A stretch of DNA of 64,000 nt, taken from positions 19,096,001 through 19,160,000 of the forward strand of contig JBHGNT010000016.1 in assembly GCA_043228905.1 (NCBI GenBank), given 5' to 3'. This document shows positions 24,501 to 36,100 of the stretch, piece after piece. A program made the translations under genes and the position numbers. Numbering within the stretch: position 1 is the stretch's first letter; every line of letters starts with the position of its first letter. The notes beneath the pieces were generated by a model, which saw nothing but the letters and a program-made list of their open reading frames with translations, was not told where the DNA came from and ran no database searches. The DNA comes from Azolla caroliniana. Taxonomy: Eukaryota > Plantae > Polypodiophyta.

Positions 24501-26899
24501 TTTCACAAGTGAAGACTATAATGGTTAAACAAAACTTTTTGACCTTTATTACCTAGCCCAAAAGATGTGGTACTAGAATTTACATTTTAATATAATCACG
24601 AATGAGATGCCAACGAGGCTAGGATATGGACTTTTCGTTGTTTAGACAAATGGCATGCACATTTTCATGTTCCATAACCCATAACCCTTCTTTGTACTGA
24701 AATATATCGCTTCATGAAGGAAGAGAGTTAGGTTTGGCTTTTTGGAAAAACATCAAGAGAACTAATACCTAATTTCACCAAACATTTATTGTCATTGAAT
24801 TGAACAATGTAACAAAATTAGTCAAAGCACATGACATGCTTAAAAAGCTCATAATAATTAGAAGTATGTCCTAAGTGTCATTATTTTTCCATCTTTTCAG
24901 TGGAACCAAACTTAATAATTTTGTCAACGTAGTTGGTTCCTTTTAGTTGATCTAAAAAGGCATTGATTCTAGGATTTGGGAAGGTTTTCTTTATTATAGT
25001 TTGATTAGAATGCGATGATCAACAATCTACTTCTTCATCAATGAGATTGGTGATGTCCATTTTTTTATTTGCATAAGCCAAATACTTTGGGGGTGTCAAT
25101 AATGTATTATTATAGTTCAATCACAAGGTCCAAATGTGGGTTTCCCCACAAGATTGTTGACAAAACATCAATGGCTTTTATATGGATGGGGTCCTATCAT
25201 ACCTCATGTTTTCAAACGTAAGTAATTGTATAGCATGCACATGATTCATAGCGTTATTGTCCATTGTATCGCTCTTTGGTTTGGGAAAAGTTGACCTACA
25301 ACATACATGATTGCATACCCCAAACAATACAAGCTTTGCCATTCCCCATTTGATCAATATTTGATTTGGAACAATTTGACATGGAACATACCTCCCCCAA
25401 GTTCGTTCTTTGGTTTACAACAATTTGTTTAAAGCTTTTACAAAGTCTCTTTGACATAGGTTTGATCATTGTATCTCTTAGGAGATTCTTAATGAACTTC
25501 TTATGTTTATTTAGTGGAACAATGGAAAACTTCTTTGAGAGTTTTTCTTGTGAGTTGTATCAAATGTGTCATCATATATTTATGGTTTGGGAGCCTTTAG
25601 GCTTTACATGTGTGTTGTATGCAAAATTGAGACCTCTCAAAAACCCTCTAGAAAACTTGAAAACTACTTGTATAATTTCCTTGAGACCATTTCTAATGTG
25701 TGATCATATACTTATGACAACCTAAAACTTTGGGAGCCTTCGAGCATCACATACATATGTGCATGCTAAATTCAACCAAAATACTAGGTAACCTCTTGGA
25801 TAATGTCCTTGGGACTTTGAAAACTTCTTGGATAATTCAGCAAAGTTAGAAAACTAGGAACACCATAAAACTTTGTGGACATTCAATGGGACACTATAGA
25901 ACTTCTCAAATAATTTCCTTAGGATTGTTTCTAATATGTAGAAACACTAGAAAACTTCGAAGGTATTCAACAGAACACTAGAAAACTAATGAAATAATTT
26001 CCTTGGTCTATGTAGAATTTCTCAAGACAAAGTAATCTTGTTATTTTTAGGGGAATTATAAATCCCCCATTTGAAGGTCATATCAATTCTACCCATCATA
26101 ATATTACCCTTGCTAAAAAAGGTAATGGAATTAATATAGTTTAAAGACAATCAATCATGGTAAAAATTCTCTCAACTTCCCCGTCAAATGACACACATCT
26201 CTCTCCCTCTCTCTAAACTACATGTTGAGGCTAATTTTTGGGAACCAACCTTTGGAATCTAGAGGGAACATTGTGGTTTATGGTGAGATGCTTCTACGAC
26301 TTGATTAGGTTTTGCAATTTGCACAAGCCTTGAGTTTTTGCTCTATAGCATGCATTGATTCAGTCAATTAATGCACTCGGCTATGCTTAGAAACCCAAAA
26401 CTATGTTGCCCCTTTGTGCCACATGCCCCGTCTTGAGTACCCTTGTTTGGTCCTTCCTTGAATTATGTTTATAACAAAGTACAATCTGAACTTCGTGTTA
26501 ATGTTTTATAAGATCTTTACTATGTACACAACAATTATAGTCCAAGTTTGATTGCAATATAATAAACAAGCAATTTTAGAGCTATGGAAATCGGGATGGA
26601 GCTCGAAATGAGACTCAATCTATCAAAACCAAGTGCTAAAAGCTTCTTTAGTTCTTCTTTCTTTTCTCTTGTATAAGGCTTCAAGGCCTTGGAGGGTTTA
26701 CTATGTAAACCCTAAACCCTGTCATGATGTGGGAAATGCATAGGAGGAACTAAGTTAAACTAGGAATATTAAAAAAGTTGAATGATAGATAGATTGAGGG
26801 TCTGGTAGGAAAGATATATTGTGAGTTGGAGTTGAATACGACAAAAAGGCTTAGCTCAATTGGTAATAATACGTGCCATGAGTGGGAGGTTAAGGTTTT

Positions 26900-28475
26900 G
26901 AGTCCGACTTGGACAATAGGAGATTAAGTTTTTCAAAGGGATCAAAAAACCATAATAGGATGCAAAAGGAGGTGGAAAGTGATATTGTTTGGTTGAAACA
27001 TTTAAGGGTTTGATGTCAACACAATCTGCCATTTTCCATTTGTTTGAGAACTACAACAACTGATGACCCCCACTCTAAATTCTCTTGAAATAGTGCTTTG
27101 ACCTCCTTTAGAAGAGCTTCCTTTTGTATGATCCCTAATCGACGAAGCTTTTGGGCAACGAATACACTTCCCTCCTTCAAATTTATGTGATGCTTGATGA
27201 CATCTACTCTTATCTGCGAATAGTCATTTATAAATAACTTTGGAAACTCCCAATCTGATGAAGAATCATCACTTGATAAACTTTCCCTTTCTTGCTCGCT
27301 ATTTTAGGAAGATGATTCCTTCTCCTTTGCACCTTTAATTGCTTATTATAGATGCATATAATTGAAGATGTTGAACCCCTTTTATGGTGATAATGTCATG
27401 ATACCATTACTCTAATCCTGCATACATTTAATTCTTGCATTCAAGGTCTTCCTAATAGTAAGGAATGAGATGGCCCTTTACGGGGTATTACATGAAAATA
27501 CATCCAAGAAATAGATATACCAAAACATTCAATAACCACATCCTCTATAACTCCAAAACAAGGAACCAAACCCCTATTAGCTACAATTACTTTCGTAGAG
27601 GACATTTTACAAATGGAAATTCAAATGTTAGTCACTACAACATTAGATATAAGGCTTATTCTTGCACCACTATCTACTAAGGCATCCTCAATTAAAAGAC
27701 CTTTCATATCGATCAAGATAGTTGGTCAAATATCCTTTTGATCTTTCACTTGCACAATTTCCACATAATGTAACATCCTTATGATTTTTCGTATAATTGA
27801 TAGACATCCCACTCCTTTCGTAGTGATGGAGAACATTGAAGAAGTTATGGCCAAGTGACGTGAGGTCCAGTAGAGATTTGTTGTTGCTTGAGATCGAATG
27901 TTTCCACATCTTCCCCCATAGGCATATCATCAATTTTAATCTTTCTTCGCAAATGTTTCTTTCTAGCTCTATCTTCCAAATTAGTCTCCTTTGCCTTCTT
28001 CTTTTGGTGAGAGTTACAAGAATCTCCTTCCAACTCTTTATTGTTTTGTGATTCCCTAGTTCTCTTAATTGGTACAAATCACATTCTTCATCTATATCAT
28101 ACATAAAGTCAAGAGGATTTACATTAGAGGAAATTGTTGGAATCATAACTAAGGTACTTTCCCCTCCAGCTACTTCAGTGTTGAGTTGGTTAAAATGGTA
28201 GTTTTGATGACTTTGAGGTTGATGCATTATGTTCATATGTGCCCCTCAATGCCACATGTGTAGCATAAAATCACTCTTCTTTCCCTTGGAACATCTTGAG
28301 TTTGACTTACATTAAAATTTGCTTGCATCTGTTGGATTTGTCGAGAAACTTCATCAAAATGCATATTTACTTGCTTTGAGAAATCTCCTTCTACTTTTGG
28401 TGGAATAATCTCTTGCATTACCAGGGCATTAGTTTGATATGTTGTTGGAGAGGTCACAAAAACATTAGGAAACAC
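26900..28475 (-). mobile_element. Decayed Ty3/gypsy gag-protease remnant
   Basis: Zinc knuckle CYTCGIEGH (ORF 28233-28475) and retropepsin motif LLLGRP*MQE near 27430-27465. Confidence 0.6.
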
Positions 28476-29335
28476 TTAACCTTGATTCAATTTTTTGTCT
28501 CTACATTCGCTTGCTAACCGGTTGTGGACGGTCCCACATTTACAACAAACTAGTATCAAATCTATGGACGAATCTCTTAGAGGAATGTTCAAGCTAATCG
28601 GCTCCAACTATTCAGTTTGGAAGTCGAAGATGAGAGACATGCTTGTATGCAAAGACTTATGGTTGCCGGTGCAGTATGATAAGGGAAAACCAGACATGAT
28701 TGATGCATTGACTTGGGAAGTCATGCATCTGAAGACAACTGCGTATATAAGGTGTTTTATAGAAATGAGTCTATACAACAACTTCAATGAAGAGACAAAA
28801 GCTAACGTCCTTTGGAAGAAGATCAGATTCATGTTCGAGAACAAGAATGTCATAAACAAAGTTTCCGTCTTCAGTAATGTTACCCGTTCCTTTGGGTGAA
28901 CACCTTCGATAGATCTGCGTCTATCGGTCTTCAAGGGTGTGGTACGTGAAGGCTCGTACAGAGGCGTCGAGAGAGATACAGGGCTCAGAGAGAAAACACT
29001 AGCGAGGTTTTGATAGACGTGGCGGCGTGAAACTCATAGGTATAGATCGAAACACAGACTCATGCAGCAAAATAGGCACAATTAAGATATATTACTATGG
29101 CAGAAAAGGATTACAGAACATGGCCTATGGCCGGTGACCTTACGAGTTTATCTAATACGAATGACTAAGCTAGTGCTTCCGCCTATAATTTTCTTCTCTC
29201 CCTTTTCCTGAGGTACTGCTCCTCGTTTAAATAACTTTTCCCCTAACACACAGCCGAGCCATCGGTGGCCCGTGATACTCGGACTCGGCGTTTGCTAATT
29301 TCCTAATTTTACATTTCTGTCCTCTGGACAACACC

Positions 29336-29377
29336 TGGCACGCCCGTGGGACAGGACCTTGTCCGTCGGACCCACAA
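29336..29377 (+). promoter_or_regulatory. Second, opposite-strand PBS / tRNA-Arg 3'-half mimic at the PPT position
   Basis: The + strand reads TGGCACGCCCGTGGGAC 2 nt from the LTR. The sense (-) strand reads TTGTGGGTCCGA-cggacaaggtcct-GTCCCACGGGCGTGCCA-gg-TGTTG(LTR). Confidence 0.75.
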
Positions 29378-29431
29378 CTTACAAAATACTAACAATATTA
29401 CAAAAATTGCCTTTTAGGCGTGATCCTCGTT

Positions 29432-32400
29432 TCATTCCTCCTTTAAGATGTCGAGGATGCTTTCGGGGTCCGGGGTGGTGGCAGGGTGGTCTGGTTGGAC
29501 TATCGGTGCGGGGGGTTGAGTTTGGTCCGGGGGTGGCATATCTTCTCGGGCGTCCGCCTCGGTTGCGGCCGATTCTTCTGGTGGGGGTGTGGGTTCGTGG
29601 GCGCTGGCCTCTCCTTCGACAGGCTCTAGTACCGTGTGGACGTCCATGGGATGTCTGTTGGCCGGGACAAGTTCCTCTTGTGCCGTGTCCGTGATCTCCT
29701 TGCTGGGAGGTTCTTCTTTCTGCTTTGTGGCTGTTGGAGGGCTGGTCGGGATGGCTGCGAGTCGTTCTCGTTCGAAGGCTTCTGCTTCCAGGCGAAACAA
29801 CATCTGACCGTCATTGAAGTCCTCCATTATTTGCTCGATTGCCGCGGTGTGAGATTTTGCCAGGGACTGGTAATCCTCGGTTAAATCTGCATGCAGGTTT
29901 TGAATGCTGGCTTCGTCCATTTTGTAGAAGCCGCGGCCCTCCTTCCGTCGGTTCTCGGCGTCGGTGCGTAAAATATGCAATTTGGCAGCTTGGGCTGCCC
30001 ATTCGTCTCCTGCGTGACTTAATGTTTCCTCGACCTTTTTGGTAAGGTGCTGGCGCTGTTTCTCGAGTAGTATGCGGATGTGTGTTTCATCCATGCCGGG
30101 CTGTGCTCGGATGGCTGCTAATTCCTGTTTTAAGCCATCGACCTCGGCCTGAATCTTCTGTGTCCTTAGCTCATAGATGGCCTGACTGTTCTTTGCATCC
30201 GCGGTTACGAGCTGGAGAGCCTGCTCGTAACGCTTGGTGAGTTCTTTGGTGGCCTGCTCCCGTTCTTTCTGACACGTGGCCCAGATTTGTTCCCGTTCGA
30301 CGATTCTCTCTTCTTGAAGGGCGAAGTAGGAATCCGATAAGGTGTCTTTTTGCTCCGAAAGTAGCTTGCATTTGATGAAAAACTCGTCAGCCATCTCTTT
30401 AAGGGTTGTACGCTGACTCTGCAGCTCGGCATTCTCCTTGTTCATCCTCTCCTCCCGTTCGCGATTTCTTTCCTCTTGCCGCTGGTTCCAGTCGTGTGCG
30501 TTGTTGAGCGCGGCCTGTAGGTCTAGAACCTCTGTCTCTTTCTTCACCACTGTGGCTGCGTATTCCTCCAGCTTGCTTTTGAGTTCGGCTTCCTTGGCCG
30601 CGGCCTGCGCTTGTACCCGGCCCAATGCTTCGTTCTGCTCGTGTATCCTTTGGTCAGCCTGGGCTCTTATCTCGGCCATATGCTTGGAAGCTTCTTCTTT
30701 TAGGCGAGCCATCGCCTCTTGATGCCGTTGCTCGTGTCTCGCAGTTCGCCGTTGTTCTTCTTTAAGCTCCGCACGGTAATCCCGGAGTGGGGGTTCTGTC
30801 TGGGTTGCCACCTCCTTGGTTGCATGCGGTGCGGGTAGTTTGGTTTGCTCCACGGCCATGGCCGCCTCGGTTATTGTGCAGGCATCGACCATTTGTAACG
30901 AGTCCGTTTGTGTACTGGCTTGCACCTTCAGGATGGAGTCGGTGATGGTGCTTTCATCCATCATCGTTATGCGTGGAGGCGCTGGGAGGGCCTCGGTGGT
31001 CGATACTGGAAGGCTCGGGACTTGTTGTTCCAGCCGGTTTTGCTCCCAGGCTGCGAGCTTCTGGTTCGCAGCGTGCCATAGTTCTGTAGCCATCTTAGCG
31101 TGTTTTTGGGCTACTTTTATCTTTCGGGCCATGTCTTTGGCTGCCCGCGTAGTGTGATCCAGGTTCCGATATGCCTCGATAAGGGCCATGTTCAACTTGG
31201 GGACCTCCATGAGGAGAGCGGCCTGTTTTGCCTGCTTCTTCCTCCCGATTTTTTGTAAAGCCCTGTCCTCCTGGGGCTCAATTTCACCTATTAGTGCGCG
31301 TTGAATCATTTTTGTTTCGGCGTGCTCTTCCGCCATCCGAGCGGCTGCCGCGACTTGGGCTCTGGCGAGGAAGTCGACCAGCTCGAATGACGTACCGAGG
31401 CGGAGGAGCGCACTAAATTTGTAAGCCTCCGCGGGGAGGTCCTTATACCCGAGGACTTCATCCTCCGAGATCTGTGTTGTTTGCCCATGCTCGATCGTTC
31501 CCTGGTTCAGCGATGCCTCCGTAGGGGTGATGGCCAGGTTGCTCTGTCTGACCACTAAGGCTTGCTCCTGATGTGGCTCCTTCTATTCTTCCGAGGACTC
31601 GCGGTTGAGTCATCTTCTTTTGCTTGGCTGTGCTTGGGGTTCCGGGGCCGGTAGTGTCGTTTCCTTCGCCTGCTTCCTTTTCTGAGGTCGTGGTGGTGCA
31701 GCCTGCGGCGTGTTGGAGCGTGGGCTAGGTCCTGGGGACGTTACCGAGGGGCGCGGCGTTGGCTGTTGAATGGTGACGTTATTGGCCGTGTTGTCTTCCG
31801 CGGCTACCTCCTCCTCCCATTCTTGGCAGGTCTCGGAAACTACCCTTTTTTGTTGGGGTTGGGCGGGTGGTGGTGCAGATGCGGTTTTCTGGTCAGCGGA
31901 AGGGGGTGAAGGCGATGTGGGCTCCTCCCATGCTTCATGGCTGATGGCCACGAATTTCTCTCTCTACCTCCGTGGTGATGGTGGGGACGTGAGTGCGCGA
32001 GGGGAAGGAAGCGAAGAGGGTGGGTATAGCACCATCAAAAAGTGGGTAAGAACAGACAACATCTTCTTACCGGACTGAAATGAAGCTAAGGCGGCGCAGA
32101 GTCCTTCGCCTGTGATGATTCCCCAATCGATTCTGTTTCCTTCATAAGCGCCGATGATGATGGCTGCCTTGTTTTGCGGCATGCTCGTTGGGTTCGTATG
32201 CACGAACGCATACTCCATCAAGATATGAGCAATCTCCCCGAAAGCTTTGTTGGGCCCGCCATACGTGCGATATGCCTTCCCTGTGGCTGAGTACTCACCG
32301 AAGTACGCCTTCATCTTTGATGCCGGGGGTATGTCGACCTCATGGTCCCCTCCCCGTTGCAGGTCCAAAACAGCCCGAAGCACGTTGTTGGTGATGACTT

Positions 32401-32527
32401 CGGGACTTATATGTTTCGCCACAGTTTGGGCATCTGGGTGCGCGGGGGCATCGATGATCTTCAGGTAACCGCCCATTCCTCGTTCCTGGAGCTAGGCTCG
32501 GGTTTCTGCTGAGGCGGTAAGAGGCAT
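29432..32527 (-). pseudogene. Extra ORF (~1030 codons) downstream of pol: N-terminal globular domain, Pro-rich linker and long coiled coil
   Basis: ORF-track segments 32492-, 31964-32476, 31610-31951 and 29432-31555 share one frame. ATG at 32527. The frame is broken only by four TAG/TGA stops. Confidence 0.8.
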
Positions 32528-33107
32528 AGTGGAGATGGAGGTTGGGTTCGACTGTGTGGAAGCGTGAAGCAAAGTGATGAGGCGAGGGCGAGCTACAGCA
32601 GGAGCAGCAGGAAGTGGAAGTCCAACAGAGAGGTTATGAGAGCGGAAGAGGGCTTGAGAGCAAGAGCGCTTCGCGTGATGAGGGCGAGATGGCGTTTTTG
32701 ATCTTGATAGCAATGGAGATGGAGAGCGATAATGGTCTGTGCTGCGTTTTGGAAACGGGTTTGGTAACTTATTCCTAGGATTTTGTGCCTGCAGCGAATC
32801 CTGAAGATTCTGAGTCGTGGGTGCCATAATAAGTGACTAACACCACGTGTCCTGAAGGTGAGTGGGGTGCTTCTAGTGCTTTGCATGTGGTTTGCATGCG
32901 TGAACAACTTAAATAGGTACTAACTGAGTGGTGGCGAGGGGTGGAGCATAGAGAGTTGAAGGTAACTTGAACTAAGAGTGGAAGTGAGGGGTGCTCCTAA
33001 AATTGTGGTGCCTAGGTGGGTGGTGTAGGTGTAGCTAAACAGTGGCTAAACTATGGTTAATCCTACCTACTACTACTTTTATTAATTTCAAGAAGGTGGG
33101 TGAGTCC

Positions 33108-36100
33108 TTATTCAGGGGGACACGTGGCGTCCTCCGTGGTGATCTCCCGAGTCTCGTTGGTGCCGTGTGGCTCGGTAAACGGGTTGGGTGGTATAGTCCC
33201 TCGATATGGTCTAAGCCGAAAACCATTGGCCCAGCTTTTGATCGTGTCGACGGCGAGTGTGCCGAGCTGGAACGTCCCGTTGAACTCGTCGATAATCCAG
33301 AATGGACCGGTCCACCAAAATCTTAATTTTCCCGGCATTGACCCGAGTCATGTTTGGAAAAGAAGGACTGGTTTGCCGATGGTGAGCTCCTTCTCCAGCC
33401 CATGTCGATGTCGATCCACGAAAGCCTTGCGTTGCCGTTGGCGTTGTTCAAGCCGGGCCATACTTTCTATCCTATCTTCCCCGAGTTCGAGGAGTTGTTC
33501 CAGCCGGTATTGCTCGGATTCGGCCTCAGGGAGCCGTGCTTTGACTTGAACTCGGAGGCTCGGAACTTGGAACTCGACAGGCATTACGGCTTCTAACCCG
33601 AACGCCATTCGAAAGGGGGTCGATTGGATGCTTGTTTTAAAAGTCGTACGATACGCCCACAACGCGCTCTGGAGTTTGTCATCCCAATCGGTCCTGTTTT
33701 CATTGACGATCTTCTTCAGTATGGTTTGGAGGATTTTATTTGTCGATTCTGCCAAGCCGTTCGCCTGTGGGTTGTATGGTGTGCTTTTCTTGTGCACCAC
33801 CGCGTAGTGGTGTGTAAGCTCACGTATTATATGATTGATGAAGTGCCCACCTTGGTCACTAACGAGCTCGATTGGACATCCGTAATGGCACCAGAGGTGC
33901 TCGTACACAAATTTAGCCGTGGATGCCGCCGTGTTATCTCGGAGTGCCTTAGCCTCGACCCATTTGGTGTAGTAATCCGTGGCAACGATAATATATCTAT
34001 TCCCTGTTCGGGCCGCGGGTGGTTTGAAAGGGCCTACAAAATCCAAACCCCATTTTTGAAATGGATCCAACGGAAGAATCGGTTGGTGTGGCATCCATGA
34101 CTGTTCCATTGGTTGCCCCAGTTGTTGGCACAAATCGCACTGCCTGCAAAACTCGTGAGCGTCTTTCTTCGTTGTTGGCCACCATAATCCACTTTGCCAA
34201 ACTTTCCTTGCCGTGGAATCCCCGGTGTAGTGTCCCCCAGCTACTCCCTGGTGGGCTTCCTGAAGAACGGCGTTCTTCTCGAACTGCCGAATCGCTCGGC
34301 GCCATATGCCATCCGAGCCTTTGTGGTAGAGAATGTCCGAGACGAGGCAAAAATTCCGGCTATGCACTGCTAGGCGTTTCCTCGTGTCAAGGGTCATGTG
34401 CTCGGGAGGTACATCGGTAGTGAGAAAATGGGTCATCTCCGTGATCCATTCATCTCCGTTATCGTCTGGTACCGTGGTCAGGTTAAATAGGCTGGCGTTC
34501 GGTAACTCGTCGTACGTTGTTTTCGCCGGTTCTCCTGACTCAAGACGGCTAAAGTAGTCGGCGACGACATGTTGTACCCCGGGTCGATGCTGAATCTGAA
34601 AATCAAACTCTTGTAGTAGGAGCATCCACCGAGCCAACCGTCCGGTGAGGGCTTGTTTATTGACCAAATAAATAAGGGCTGAGTGATCCACGTGAAAGGT
34701 AAATTTTCGGCCCAAGAGGTAATGCCGAAATTTATTGATGCTATAAATCATACCGAGGGCCTCCCGCTCGGTGGTGGAGTAATTCTTTTCCGCGGTTGAG
34801 AGCCGTCGGCTGGCGTAGTACACGGGCCTATACCAATTCGGGGGTGTGCATTGCATCAGAGCACTTCCGATGGCGATGTCTGAAGCATCTACGAAGACGT
34901 GAAACGGTTCGAACCAAACTGGAGAATGGACCACCGGGGCATGTGACAACATTCGTTTGAGTGTCTGATAGGCCGTGTCCTCGACTGACGTCCATTGGAA
35001 AGGAAGGCGATGGACTGCCGCGTGTAAGGGTGTCGCGAAATCGGCCAGGTGTCGTATCATTCGGTTGTGCCACCGGATCTGTCCCAAAAAACGGCTTAGT
35101 GCCTTAGCGTTTGAGGGTGCGGTGGCCTCCAGGATTGCCTTTACTTTATCCGGGTCCATAGCAATGCCTTCTTGACTAACAATGTGGCCGAGAAGATTGC
35201 CGTTGGTGACTAAGAATGCGCATTTCGCCGGGTTTAAACTCAATCGGGCTTGGCGACATCGGTCTAGGCAGAGTCGTAATTGGGTCATGTGTTCCCGTCG
35301 ATGGCCATACACGGCGAAATCATCGAGAAAAACTTGCATGAACGCCGAGATGTAGTCATGAAAGATTTCAGTGATGATGCGTTGGAACGTAGCCGACGCT
35401 GTTTTTAGACCGAACATCATAACTTCTGCTACAAAAACACCCCATTCCGTGACGAAAGCGGTTTTCTCCTGATCCTCCGGGTGCATTCTTATCTGGTTAT
35501 AGCCGCTGAACCCGTCGAGGAAACTGTAGCATTCGTGGCCGGCTACCGTGTCGAGGACGCTATCCGTGAATGGGAGAGGGAAACCGTCGGTGACTGTTGC
35601 CGCGTTAAGCTTCCGATAGTCGACGCAGATGCGGATTTTTCCGTTCTTCTTTGGGACCACTACGATCGGGCTCAACCATGTAGCCCGTTTAACAGGGCGA
35701 ATGAAGCCCACTCGGAGTAACTTGTCAATTTCCTCTTTGACTTTAGCGGCGTAGTTGGGGTTCATCCTGTAGCGCCTTTGCTGAACCGGCCGAGTGTCAG
35801 GTAAGATGTGAATTTGATGTTGGTAGTATTGAGGATCCAACCCCTTCATATCGGTGTAAGACCAAGCGAAAACATCCTGGTAGTCGGTGAGTAATTTTAC
35901 GAGGCATGCCCGGTCGCCGGTTGGTAGATTATTGGCAATTTGTACCGTACGGGGATTCTCGTCCGAACCGAGGTTTATTGTTTCCAGGGTTGACGCTTTC
36001 ACTCGTTGTGAAACGGCGAGTTCGCGTTCGAAAGCCTCCCGAGCATGACGTAGCTCGGCAACTGTGGTTGCATCGGGTTCCTCCTACGGTGGTGACTCCT

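Noticed and set aside
24500-26900. Possible decayed transposase and short aaaact/agaaaa repeats
   Set aside because: Too degenerate to support any family call by eye.
29336-29377. Genuine tRNA gene
   Set aside because: There is no D-arm, anticodon arm or 5' acceptor strand. It has an encoded CCA and an insert in the T-loop, so it is recorded as a mimic/PBS instead.
29432-31555. Captured host myosin/SMC-like gene or env
   Set aside because: It is intronless, has the same GC-rich composition as the element and is in frame with the upstream element ORF. No transmembrane anchor is seen, and the coiled-coil resemblance is non-specific.
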